From assembly GCA_938005615.1 (NCBI GenBank), contig CALLMV010000037.1:1-10588 (forward strand): a stretch of 10,588 nucleotides of DNA. Reading direction: 5' to 3'. A program made the translations under genes and the position numbers. Source of the stretch: an uncultured Verrucomicrobiae bacterium (GTDB lineage Bacteria; Verrucomicrobiota; Verrucomicrobiia; JADLBR01; CALLMV01). Below, in pieces: positions 1 through 7,836 of the stretch. Under the pieces are notes generated by a model that worked only from the letters and a program-made list of their open reading frames with translations, had not been told where the DNA came from and did not search any database. Each line of letters begins with the position of its first letter. Position 1 is the stretch's first letter.

Positions 1-1055
1 GCAAATGCGGCATCCTCTTCTCCGAGAACCTCCCTGAGCTGTCGTAAAGTCCAGACGTAAAACGCCCCTTCGCGTCCCGCGCTGTCTGCGTCCTCCGCCG
101 AATTAAATGCACCTTCGGGATGAAGCATTACTTCGCGCAAATACTGCACCGTGCTGTGCACTGCTTCACGGTAGCGCGCCTTGCGTTGGGCATCCTTGCA
201 GAGTTGATACGCATGAGTCAGTGCAGTGATCAACTGCGCTTGATCGTAAAGCATCTTTTCAAAGTGCGGGACCAGCCACATCTCATCCACGGAGTAGCGT
301 GCGAACCCGCCGCCTAACTGATCGTGAATCCCTCCTTCGATCATCCCATCCAGAGTGCGGAACACCGCCTCTGCGGAAGCGGCAGAACCCGTCGCGTGTG
401 CGTGTCGCATCAGCAGCTCCAACACCGACGGCCGGGGAAACTTTGGCGCTCCGCCGAAGCCCCCATGCTCTGAATCAAAATTTCGTAAAAAATAATTTAC
501 CGCTCGATCCACAGGCTCCGAGTTCAGCTCCTCTTCAGTATCCGTCTGCACGCGACTCAACTCCCGCAACTCCTGAGTCAGACGCTCGCTGTTCAAGAGA
601 ATTTTCTCCCGCTCCTCGCACCACAGTTGAGAAAGCCGCTTTAGCAAATCCACAAATCCCATCCGCCCGAAACGGCTCTCACGTGGGAAATACGTGCCCG
701 CAAAGAACGGCTTGCGATCCGGCGTCAACCACACTGAAAGCGGCCAGCCCCCATTTTGCCCCATCATTTGCAACGCTGTCATATACACATGATCCACATC
801 CGGGCGCTCCTCACGGTCCACCTTGATGCTCACAAAATTTTGGTTCAACACCTCCGCCACGTCCTCGTTTTCAAAACTCTCGTGCTCCATCACATGGCAC
901 CAGTGACACGTCGCGTAGCCGATGCTCAAAAACACCGGCTTGTCCTCACGCCGTGCTGTCTCAAACGCCTCATCGCACCACTCCCACCACCACACCGGAT
1001 TATTTGCATGTTGCAACAAGTACGGGCTACGAGCACTTGAAAGCCTATTTTTCAT
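1..1055 (-). CDS. Thioredoxin-domain protein, DUF255/YyaL-like family (N-terminal thioredoxin fold plus the start of an alpha/alpha-toroid domain). This is the 5' partial; the gene continues past the window start.
   Basis: Reverse-complement translation from the ATG at 1055-1053 (in-frame TGA two codons upstream) gives [92 protein letters not shown]... The CHWCHVM and KVDREERPD blocks are the hallmark of DUF255/YyaL thioredoxin-domain proteins. The + strand ORFs the track lists here are antisense shadows. Confidence 0.8.
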   Translation of the reverse strand, partial: MKNRLSSARSPYLLQHANNPVWWWEWCDEAFETARREDKPVFLSIGYATCHWCHVMEHESFENEDVAEVLNQNFVSIKVDREERPDVDHVYMTALQMMGQNGGWPLSVWLTPDRKPFFAGTYFPRESRFGRMGFVDLLKRLSQLWCEEREKILLNSERLTQELRELSRVQTDTEEELNSEPVDRAVNYFLRNFDSEHGGFGGAPKFPRPSVLELLMRHAHATGSAASAEAVFRTLDGMIEGGIHDQLGGGFARYSVDEMWLVPHFEKMLYDQAQLITALTHAYQLCKDAQRKARYREAVHSTVQYLREVMLHPEGAFNSAEDADSAGREGAFYVWTLRQLREVLGEEDAAF

Positions 1056-1167
1056 TCACACAAACTGCCCTGCTCATCACGCTTTGCAAAAAAAACATCA
1101 AGACACTCCTGAGCGCTTGCCAACATCTAACTGCCACACCAATCTAGGCCCCAAAGGAATCCTACCC
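1056..1167. promoter_or_regulatory. Divergent intergenic region between the thioredoxin-domain gene (-) and flotillin (+). It presumably carries both promoters. There is an AAGGA Shine-Dalgarno-like element about 10 nt upstream of the flotillin ATG.
   Basis: 112 bp of non-coding sequence between two divergently oriented starts. 'aaaggaatcctacccATG' lies upstream of 1168. I could not identify specific -35/-10 boxes. Confidence 0.3.
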
Positions 1168-2610
1168 ATGCTCACCCCAGCCGTCATCTTCACAATACTT
1201 GCAGTTGTCGTCGTCTTTTTTGCCGTCCTGCTCGCCTTTGCCTCGCGCTACAAAAAATGCCCTTCCGATAAAATCCTCGTGATCTACGGCAACGTCGGTG
1301 AAGGCAAATCCGCCAAGTGCCTGCACGGCGGCGGTGCCTTTATCATCCCCGTCATTCAGGATTACCAATACCTCGACCTCACCCCGATGCCCATCGAGAT
1401 CAATCTCCAAGGCGCACTCTCCAAACAAAACATTCGCGTCAACACCCCCTCGACATTTACTGTCGGCATCTCCACGGAGCCCGGCATCATGGAAAACGCC
1501 GCGGAACGCCTCCTCGGCCTCTCGTTGTCGGAGATTAAGGAACTCGCCAAAGACATCATCTTCGGACAGATGCGCGTCGTGATCGCCACGATGGACATCG
1601 AAGAGATAAACTCCGACCGCGACAAACTTATCGCTAACATCTCCACCGGCGTCGAAGTCGAACTTAAAAAAGTTGGCCTGCGCCTCATCAATGTCAACAT
1701 CCAGGACATCACCGACAGCTCTGGCTACATTGACGCCCTCGGCCAAGAAGCCGCATCTCGCGCCATTAACGAAGCCAAGATCAAAGTCGCTGAAGCCGAC
1801 CGCGACGGCAATATCGGTGCCGCTGCCGCTGAGCGCGACAAGCGCATCAACGTCGCCGAGGCCAACGCAGCCGCTGTTGCAGGCGAAAACCAATCCGCCG
1901 TGGCTATTGCTAACTCCAGTGCAGAGCGCCGCGTAAAAGAAGCCGACGCCCTGCGCCGCGCTACAGCCGCAGAACGTGTTGCCCAAGCTAAGGCCCTCGA
2001 GGAATCTTACGTCGCCGAACAAAGATCCGAGCAACAACGCGCCGAGCGTGATCGCGCTACCCAACAAGCCAACGTCGTCGTCCCCGCGGAAATCGAAAAA
2101 GCCCGGCAGATCGTCGAAGCCGAAGCACAAGCCGAACGCATCCGCCGCACCCAACAAGGCGAAGCCGACGCCCTTCGCGCCATCCGCCAAGCCGAAGCTG
2201 ATGGCATCCGCTTCACCAAAGAGGCTGAGGCCGCAGGTCTCAAAGCCAAACTCGTCGCCGAAGCCCAAGGCACCGAAGAAATCCTCGCCGCCAAATCCCG
2301 CGGCTTCGAATCACTCGTGCGAGCCTGCGGCGGCCCCGAAGGCGCACAAAGCCTCCTCGTCACAGAACTCCTTCCTCAGCTCGTGCGCGAACAAGTCAGC
2401 GCCATCTCCAACCTCAAGATCGACAAAGTCACCGTCTGGGACGGCGGCGCGGGAAGCGACGGCAAAAACTCCACGGCTAACTTTGTATCCGGCCTCGCCC
2501 GCAGTATCCCGCCGCTGCATGAAATCGCCGCTAATGCCGGAGTCAAACTCCCCGAATATCTCGGCAAAATGGCCGCGCAAAACCAGCCACCAGAAAACGC
2601 GGAAAAATAA
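1168..2610 (+). CDS. Flotillin family (SPFH/band-7) membrane protein, FloT/YqiK-like.
   Basis: The ATG at 1168 gives MLTPAVIFTILAVVVVFFAVLLAFASRYKKCPSDKILVIYGN..., an N-terminal TM helix followed by an SPFH domain. A long Ala/Glu-rich coiled-coil follows (AEAEAQAERIRRTQQGEADALRAIRQAEADGIRFTKEAEAAG), then a flotillin C-terminal tail, and TAA at 2608-2610. The track ORF 922..2610 extends upstream, but that extension overlaps the divergent gene and is not flotillin-like. Confidence 0.85.
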   Translation: MLTPAVIFTILAVVVVFFAVLLAFASRYKKCPSDKILVIYGNVGEGKSAKCLHGGGAFIIPVIQDYQYLDLTPMPIEINLQGALSKQNIRVNTPSTFTVGISTEPGIMENAAERLLGLSLSEIKELAKDIIFGQMRVVIATMDIEEINSDRDKLIANISTGVEVELKKVGLRLINVNIQDITDSSGYIDALGQEAASRAINEAKIKVAEADRDGNIGAAAAERDKRINVAEANAAAVAGENQSAVAIANSSAERRVKEADALRRATAAERVAQAKALEESYVAEQRSEQQRAERDRATQQANVVVPAEIEKARQIVEAEAQAERIRRTQQGEADALRAIRQAEADGIRFTKEAEAAGLKAKLVAEAQGTEEILAAKSRGFESLVRACGGPEGAQSLLVTELLPQLVREQVSAISNLKIDKVTVWDGGAGSDGKNSTANFVSGLARSIPPLHEIAANAGVKLPEYLGKMAAQNQPPENAEK

Positions 2611-2671
2611 CCATCGCACGCCACTGAGTTTTTTTCTTATCCAGAAGTGACGACCTCAAACAACTCAAGCC

Positions 2672-4297
2672 ATGCCAAGCGCACAAAAACGCGACAGCAC
2701 AAAAGCTCTCCGACGCCGCAGGTGGCGATGCACGCTCCACATCTTAATTTATCTTACTACGGCGTTGATTTGCTTTACAGCAGACACACTCCACGCGCAA
2801 ACCACACCTGAGCCCTTCCCCCGGCGCCCTATCCGCATCATCGTTTACACCGGCCCGGGCGGCCTGATTGACTTCACTGCGCGCAAATTCGCCGAAGTCG
2901 CCCGCAAATACGATTCCTCCCAACCCATCGTTATCATCAACAAACCCGGGGCAGGCGGCATCGTTGCCTTCGACGAAGTTCTCCAACAACCTGCCGACGG
3001 CTACAACGTCCTCGCCGTCACCCGCTCCAATATCACTAAAATCGTCTCCGCAAATCGCGAAGACCTCATTGATGCTGTGGATTGGATTGCATACCTCATG
3101 GACAATCCTCACGTCGTCATCACCAACACCGACTCCGGACTCGACACCTGGGACGGCCTTCAGCAGCACTCGCAAAAAAACGCTGGCCGTCAACTCTGGC
3201 TTGGTGCTGACATCGGCGGCGTCAAACACATCTCTGCCATCAACGTTTGGGAGCGCACCGGCATCAAGGCACGCTGGATTCCCTACGCCAGCGGCGGACA
3301 GGCTGTCTCAGCCCTCCTTGGCGAAATTGGCCACGTTTATTTTGGCAACCCGGCCGACGCCACTGGCAAACCCCAGCTTAAAATCGTCGCCGTCTGCGCA
3401 GCCGAGCGCATGAGTGCCTTCCCCGAAGCCCCCACCTTCACCGAACTGGGTATTCCGGGTCTGGAGCACGAAAACATCTGGCGCGGCCTCGCCCTGAAAA
3501 AAGGCACGCCCCAACACATCCTCGATTGGTTCGACGACATCTGCCGAAAAGTCACCGCCGATGCCGAATGGCGTGACACCTGGCGAAGCGAAGGTATCAC
3601 CCTCACTTACAAACCGACGGCAGAGTTCACAAAAATCGTCGAAGCCGACCGCGCAGAATTCCGCACCCGCCTGATCCAACTCGGCCTGATCAAACAACGC
3701 AACGAGGAAAAACTCTTCGGCGTCATTCACCCCGAATCCGCCGTCTCCCTAACCAACCTGTTGCTCATCACCATATTTTTTGTTTCCCTCATTTTAGTGG
3801 TCCGTTCGCCCTACAAGCACCACTTTGGTGAGGTCGCGATCTCCGCTGCAGCGGCCATCCTCGCCTGCATTTTGCTTGTCATGAGTTTCCTCTTGCCCCA
3901 GCCCAACGAGGTAGACCGCGTTGGTGCCTCGGGCGTGCCGCGCCTTTGGTCTGTCGCGCTGCTTCTGCTGGCCGCCATGCAAGTCGTCATTCTGCTGGGC
4001 CGCAAGATAGGCGGAGTAAAACTTGAGGAGAACATCGCTACAGCTAGCACATCACAAGGCCTGCTCTTCGTTCCCTTTGTGCTGTTGTTTGCCGCATATT
4101 TGGGTGCAGTTGTGTTCTTTGGTTACATCCTCTCCACGCTGATCTTTTTACCACTGGCAATGTGGCTCATTCGGTATCGCAAGTTTGTGACCATCTCGCT
4201 CATAGCCTTGTGCTGGCTCGCCTTCGCCTACTTCGTCTTCGAAAAAACTCTCTTCGTGGACCTGCCGCGAGGAATCTTTGCTGGCTTCTTCCAATAA
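2672..4297 (+). CDS. tctC-tctB (fusion): Tripartite tricarboxylate transporter fusion protein. A TctC/Bug-family periplasmic substrate-binding domain (about aa 45-345) is fused in frame to a TctB-like multi-TM small membrane subunit (about aa 350-541).
   Basis: N-terminal signal/anchor LHILIYLTTALICFTADTLHAQ. The TctC signature is PIRIIVYTGPGGLIDFTARKFAEVARKY...IINKPGAGG...ADGYNVL. The C-terminal 190 aa are 5-6 hydrophobic helices (LLLITIFFVSLILVV, AISAAAAILACILLVMSFLL, LWSVALLLLAAMQVVILLG, FVPFVLLFAAYLGAVVFFGYILSTLIFLPLAMWLI, ISLIALCWLAFAYFVF), as in TctB. It is one uninterrupted frame, and tctA follows 5 nt downstream. Confidence 0.75.
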   Translation: MPSAQKRDSTKALRRRRWRCTLHILIYLTTALICFTADTLHAQTTPEPFPRRPIRIIVYTGPGGLIDFTARKFAEVARKYDSSQPIVIINKPGAGGIVAFDEVLQQPADGYNVLAVTRSNITKIVSANREDLIDAVDWIAYLMDNPHVVITNTDSGLDTWDGLQQHSQKNAGRQLWLGADIGGVKHISAINVWERTGIKARWIPYASGGQAVSALLGEIGHVYFGNPADATGKPQLKIVAVCAAERMSAFPEAPTFTELGIPGLEHENIWRGLALKKGTPQHILDWFDDICRKVTADAEWRDTWRSEGITLTYKPTAEFTKIVEADRAEFRTRLIQLGLIKQRNEEKLFGVIHPESAVSLTNLLLITIFFVSLILVVRSPYKHHFGEVAISAAAAILACILLVMSFLLPQPNEVDRVGASGVPRLWSVALLLLAAMQVVILLGRKIGGVKLEENIATASTSQGLLFVPFVLLFAAYLGAVVFFGYILSTLIFLPLAMWLIRYRKFVTISLIALCWLAFAYFVFEKTLFVDLPRGIFAGFFQ

Positions 4298-4301
4298 CAT
4301 T

Positions 4302-5789
4302 ATGGACGCGATCCTCTCCCAACTCCTTAGTGCATTTGGCGGACTCATGGGTTGGCAGCCACTGCTGGTCATCGTCATCGGCGTCACCCTTGGCATCATC
4401 GTTGGGGCGATGCCCGGCCTCTCCCCCTCGATGGGGGTGGCGTTGCTCGTGCCATTCACCTACAACATGTCACCGACTCTCGCCCTAGTGCTCCTTGTGT
4501 CGATCTACATCGCGGCCTGTTATGGCGGCTCCATCACAGCCATCACCATCAACGCACCGGGCACAGCAGCCGCGATGGTCACCAGCTTCGACGGCTATCC
4601 GCTCACCCGCCAGGGCAAGCCGGGCATGGCGCTGGGGGTCTCTGTCGTTGCTTCCGCCGTAGCGGGCGTGATTAGCGCACTGATCCTGATTTTCTTCTCC
4701 GTGCCGCTGGCGGCCGTGGCCGTCAAATTCCACCCGGCAGAATACTTCGCTCTAGCGCTGTTTGGCCTGGCTACTGTCGCCTCGCTGGCGGGACGCGAAT
4801 GGCTCAAAGCCTTCCTCGCCGCTTGCCTTGGGCTTGCGCTCAACACCGTGGGCACCGATCCGATCAGTGGTGCGGACCGCTTCACCTTCGGCTTTGTAGA
4901 GTTAAGCGACGGCTTCAACCTCATCCCCGCACTCATCGGCCTTTTTGCCCTTTCGGAAGTTTTTACTGCCATTGAAAAGCGCGACTTCCTGCCGCAAAAG
5001 CTCGACTCCCTCGGCCAGGCGTGGCCTCGCATCCGCGACTACTGGCAGCTCAAGTGGACGATGCTCCTGAGCTCACTTGGCGGCACCGTGGTCGGAATCT
5101 TCCCCGGGGCCGGAGCCACTATCGCCTCCTTCCTCTGTTACGATTTTGCCAAACGCACCAGCAAACACCCGGAAGAATTCGGCAAAGGCAGCCTCCAGGG
5201 CGTGGCAGCCAGTGAGAGTGCCAACAGTGCCTCCGTAGGTGGTGCGCTCGTGCCGCTGCTCACCATGGGCATCCCCGGCAGTGCCACGACGGCCGTGCTC
5301 ATTGGAGCCATGATGATCCACAAACTCACGCCCGGTCCACAACTCTTCTATGACAAACCGCACATCATCTACGGGCTTTTTGCCGCGATCCTGCTGGCCA
5401 ACATCGTGATGCTGGTGATCGGCCTGCTAGGCAGCCGGCTCTGGGTGCAGGTCACCGCTGTGCCCAAGCAGCCGCTCTACGTCCTCATCACCCTGATGTG
5501 CGTGCTGGGCTGTTACTCGGTGCGCAACTCCATGTTCGACGTCTTTTGCGGTCTACTCTTCGGCCTGCTGGGTTGGGTGATGAAACGATACAAGTTTCCG
5601 GTCGCCCCGGTGATTCTTGGCCTGGTGCTCGGCTCCATTGCCGAGACCAACTTCCGCCGCGCCATCATGATGGATGGGGAGTGGGTCTTTCTCACCCGGC
5701 CGCTTAGTGCTATCTTGCTGGCCGTGGCCGCGCTTTCGTTCCTCATCCCGATGGTTGCTAATATGCGCAGCAAAAGCAGCGAAAACTAA
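4302..5789 (+). CDS. tctA: Tripartite tricarboxylate transporter permease TctA.
   Basis: MDAILSQLLSAFGGLMGWQPLLVIVIGVTLGIIVGAMPGLSPSMGVALLVPFTY...GGSITAITINAPGTAAAMVTSFDGYPLTRQGKPGMALG... is polytopic and glycine-rich with internal duplication, typical of TctA. I prefer the ATG at 4302 over the track's TTG at 4278, which overlaps the upstream stop. The gene ends with TAA at 5787-5789. Confidence 0.85.
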   Translation: MDAILSQLLSAFGGLMGWQPLLVIVIGVTLGIIVGAMPGLSPSMGVALLVPFTYNMSPTLALVLLVSIYIAACYGGSITAITINAPGTAAAMVTSFDGYPLTRQGKPGMALGVSVVASAVAGVISALILIFFSVPLAAVAVKFHPAEYFALALFGLATVASLAGREWLKAFLAACLGLALNTVGTDPISGADRFTFGFVELSDGFNLIPALIGLFALSEVFTAIEKRDFLPQKLDSLGQAWPRIRDYWQLKWTMLLSSLGGTVVGIFPGAGATIASFLCYDFAKRTSKHPEEFGKGSLQGVAASESANSASVGGALVPLLTMGIPGSATTAVLIGAMMIHKLTPGPQLFYDKPHIIYGLFAAILLANIVMLVIGLLGSRLWVQVTAVPKQPLYVLITLMCVLGCYSVRNSMFDVFCGLLFGLLGWVMKRYKFPVAPVILGLVLGSIAETNFRRAIMMDGEWVFLTRPLSAILLAVAALSFLIPMVANMRSKSSEN

Positions 5790-5962
5790 GTGATAAACTT
5801 CCCATATATCCAACGCTGCAGGGGCTGGGGACTTATCTTATTATATTGACCTTTTAAAAATATCTTCTGCAGCTCTAAGTTCAAAATTATAATCCAACAT
5901 TGATACGCTAACATATTACAACATTTATAACTTAAATTACTGGGTTAAGATGAAAAAACCGT

Positions 5963-7243
5963 TTATTCTTCATCTGCCAATTCACCGTCGGTGATAGCTG
6001 GAAAAAGACCAGGTGATATTCTTCGGCGTGGTTCTTCTAATGATTCTAGAAAAGCTTTGAGGTCATCCAAATCCCGCTGATTAAGACCTAAAGGTCGTAA
6101 GTGGTGGGATTTTTTAGGAAATAAAGGGTCATTACTTTGCTCATTTGTTGGTCTTAACGTAGGCATGCCCGCGTTATAAAGACGAAGCACATCATCAAGC
6201 GTTAACAATATCCCGTTGTGCATGTAGGGCGCAGTGCGTGAAACATTCCTCAATCCGGGTGTTTTGAATTTACCCGAGTCTTCTGGATTTCCCGTGATTT
6301 TGTAACGACCGAGGTCTTCTCTTTCCCGGCCAAAGAATGACAATCCTAAATCGTGAAACTTATTATCTGTAAGTAGAGGACCGCTGTGACAGTTCATACA
6401 ACGCGCTGTAGTGCGGAAGAGGTGCAAACCCCTCACGGCTGCATCGCCTAACGCATCGCGCTGTCCCTGAAGAAACCGATCAAATGCAGAAGCGTTGGAA
6501 CTGATCAATGTTCGCTGAAATGCCGCAAGCGCGTGCAAAACATCCTTTATTTTTATATCTTCGCTTCCATAAGCTTTATTGAATAATTCCCTGTAACGAG
6601 GCACACGATTCAACCTGCGAGTCACTAACTCAGGATCAGAATTCATTTCGTCTGGATTTGTGATGGCCTGTTCTGCCTGTTGCTCAAAGCTGCTCGCGCG
6701 TCCGTCCCAAAAAAAATGTGAATGAAATGCGTTGTTCATAATTGAAGGCGTATTTCTTTTGAGAAGACGGCGATGACGTCCAACTGCAACAGTCAGACCA
6801 TCAGCCCACGCTAAATCGGGGTTATGACATGTAGCACAGGACATCTCCCCGCTTCGGGACAATCTTGGATCAAAGAATAATAGTTTGCCCAAATCTCGCT
6901 GTTCTTTCGTATCTGGAGGCCGATCTGCAGAGCGGGGCAGCACTTCGTGCACCAGAGATAGCTCCTCGTGGGGCACCCCTTCATCCAGAAAAGGTTTAGG
7001 CCATTTTTCTTTTTCCTGAGAGTAGGTGTCACGTAGAAATGCCGCCAACTCAATGTATTGCTGGGGCTGTAATAGCGGCCTCGTGGGCATACGTGCGGGA
7101 TTTGGATTTGTGGTGGCATTCTCCACTGTTATAGCCTGCGCAAATGTTGCTTCTTCATGGGTGAACACACGCATCGGATACAGAGAATATCCCGAAATCA
7201 CGCCGTATACACAGCAGATCAGGATTACTTTGTTAAAGTTCAT
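5963..7243 (-). CDS. Di-heme cytochrome c peroxidase (CCP/MauG family), secreted/periplasmic.
   Basis: ATG at rc(7241-7243). N-terminal signal MNFNKVILICCVYGVISGYS. Two CxxCH heme motifs (CATCH and CMNCH) sit in conserved CCP context: LGKLLFFDPRLSRSGEMSCATCHNP...RNTPSIMNNAF...FFWDGRASSFEQQAEQAITNPDEM...CMNCHSGPLLTDNKFHDLG...FKTPGLRNVSRTAPYMHNGILLTLDDVLRLYNAG. Stop is TAA at rc(5963-5965). Confidence 0.85.
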   Translation of the reverse strand: MNFNKVILICCVYGVISGYSLYPMRVFTHEEATFAQAITVENATTNPNPARMPTRPLLQPQQYIELAAFLRDTYSQEKEKWPKPFLDEGVPHEELSLVHEVLPRSADRPPDTKEQRDLGKLLFFDPRLSRSGEMSCATCHNPDLAWADGLTVAVGRHRRLLKRNTPSIMNNAFHSHFFWDGRASSFEQQAEQAITNPDEMNSDPELVTRRLNRVPRYRELFNKAYGSEDIKIKDVLHALAAFQRTLISSNASAFDRFLQGQRDALGDAAVRGLHLFRTTARCMNCHSGPLLTDNKFHDLGLSFFGREREDLGRYKITGNPEDSGKFKTPGLRNVSRTAPYMHNGILLTLDDVLRLYNAGMPTLRPTNEQSNDPLFPKKSHHLRPLGLNQRDLDDLKAFLESLEEPRRRISPGLFPAITDGELADEE

Positions 7244-7254
7244 TCATATTACAG

Positions 7255-7836
7255 TCATCGTTTTTCCACGTGTCCATCTAAGTATAACCAATTAATTTTT
7301 GTGCCTTTATCCCAAGAATAATAACGATAACTTGCAGGTGCGGCGCGAGGACCCCCCGTGCTTGGTTCAGCGACGTTATATACTGAGGGTAATGTCATCG
7401 TGTGGTTATTCCATACTATCGCGGTGCTAGCCATATTCCCATGAACAAAAATATTCTTTTCTGTAACATTATTGCTACGAGACCACGCATAGTTATTGCC
7501 ATATTTATTCAGCTCCGGTCTGCCACCCGGACTCAGCCAGACAGTTTTGTTCACTAAGTAGCCGAGCCGAAAAAATAAATCAGGTAGTCCCAAGGGATCA
7601 TCCCCAGATCGGTATGAAGAATTCCCAATCTCTTCCTTGCTATAGAGTTTGCCATCTCTTTCCGCCGCCATCAGATGGTAAGCAATGCCTATGTTTCTGA
7701 GATTTGAAGCGCATTTTGTACGTTTTGTTTCCTCCAGCGCTCTTTCAAACATTGGAAAAACGAGGATAGCTAAAAGCACAAAAATTGAGAGACACACTGT
7801 TAATTCAACTAGTGTGAATGCCTGCTGATTTTTCAC
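7255..7836 (-). CDS. DUF1559 / H-X9-DG protein with a prepilin-type N-terminal cleavage/methylation domain. This is a PVC-specific pseudopilin-like family.
   Basis: GTG start at rc(7834-7836) gives MKNQQAFTLVELTVCLSIFVLLAILVFPMF, a type IV prepilin-like leader plus hydrophobic helix. It is followed by KRTKCASNLRNIGIAYHLM and the C-terminal ...YSWDKGTKINWLYLDGHVEKR (the H-X9-DG motif). The start overlaps the upstream gene's stop as GTGA, and the stop lies 11 nt before the ccp ATG. Confidence 0.8.
   Translation of the reverse strand: MKNQQAFTLVELTVCLSIFVLLAILVFPMFERALEETKRTKCASNLRNIGIAYHLMAAERDGKLYSKEEIGNSSYRSGDDPLGLPDLFFRLGYLVNKTVWLSPGGRPELNKYGNNYAWSRSNNVTEKNIFVHGNMASTAIVWNNHTMTLPSVYNVAEPSTGGPRAAPASYRYYSWDKGTKINWLYLDGHVEKR

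Noticed and set aside
120-1040. Plus-strand ORFs 120..317, 299..826, 756..1040 and 953..1147
   Set aside because: They are antisense shadows of the minus-strand DUF255 thioredoxin-domain gene in GC-rich sequence. Their products are Pro/Arg/Ser-rich with no motifs, whereas the minus strand encodes the conserved CHWCHVM block.
922-1167. Upstream extension of the flotillin ORF (track ORF 922..2610)
   Set aside because: The extension overlaps the divergent thioredoxin-domain gene's 5' end and promoter region, and encodes a His/Ser-rich peptide unlike flotillin N-termini. The ATG at 1168 gives the canonical TM-plus-RYKKCPS flotillin start with an upstream AAGGA.
1162-2268. 368-aa minus-strand ORF (G/D/F/A-rich) antisense to the flotillin gene
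   Set aside because: It is a low-complexity mirror of the Ala/Glu/Asp-rich coiled-coil codons of flotillin on the opposite strand. It has no recognisable domain, and the sense-strand product is a clear SPFH/flotillin.
1976-2650. 224-aa Lys/Pro/Ser-rich ORF in an alternative + frame, and minus-strand ORFs 2007..2363, 2311..2619 and 2376..2624
   Set aside because: These are frame-shifted or antisense readings of the repetitive GC-rich flotillin 3' half, with low-complexity products.
2611-2671. T7 tract 'ctgagttttttt' after the flotillin stop as a possible terminator
   Set aside because: There is no convincing GC-rich stem immediately upstream of the T-run, so I did not call it. Flotillin and tctCB may be co-transcribed.
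2744-3730. ORFs 2744..3229 (-), 2868..3413 (+), 3308..3730 (-) and 3337..3606 (-) inside the TctC domain region
   Set aside because: They are shadow ORFs. The + frame starting at 2672 carries the unmistakable TctC/Bug motifs across this whole span.
4278-4301. TTG start at 4278 for tctA (track ORF 4278..5789)
   Set aside because: It would overlap the tctCB stop by 20 nt and add MLASSNNI, which is not conserved in TctA. The ATG at 4302 (MDAILSQLL...) is the canonical TctA N-terminus.
4352-5813. ORFs 4352..4675 (+), 4485..4733 (-), 4595..5032 (-), 5073..5363 (-), 5498..5707 (+), 5513..5773 (-) and 5553..5813 (-)
   Set aside because: They are His/Arg/Gly-rich shadows within the GC-rich tctA gene and have no support.
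6811-7295. ORF 6811..7119 (-) and ORF 7026..7295 (+) overlapping the ccp gene
   Set aside because: They are alternative-frame and antisense readings. The ccp frame carries both CxxCH heme motifs and full-length CCP conservation.
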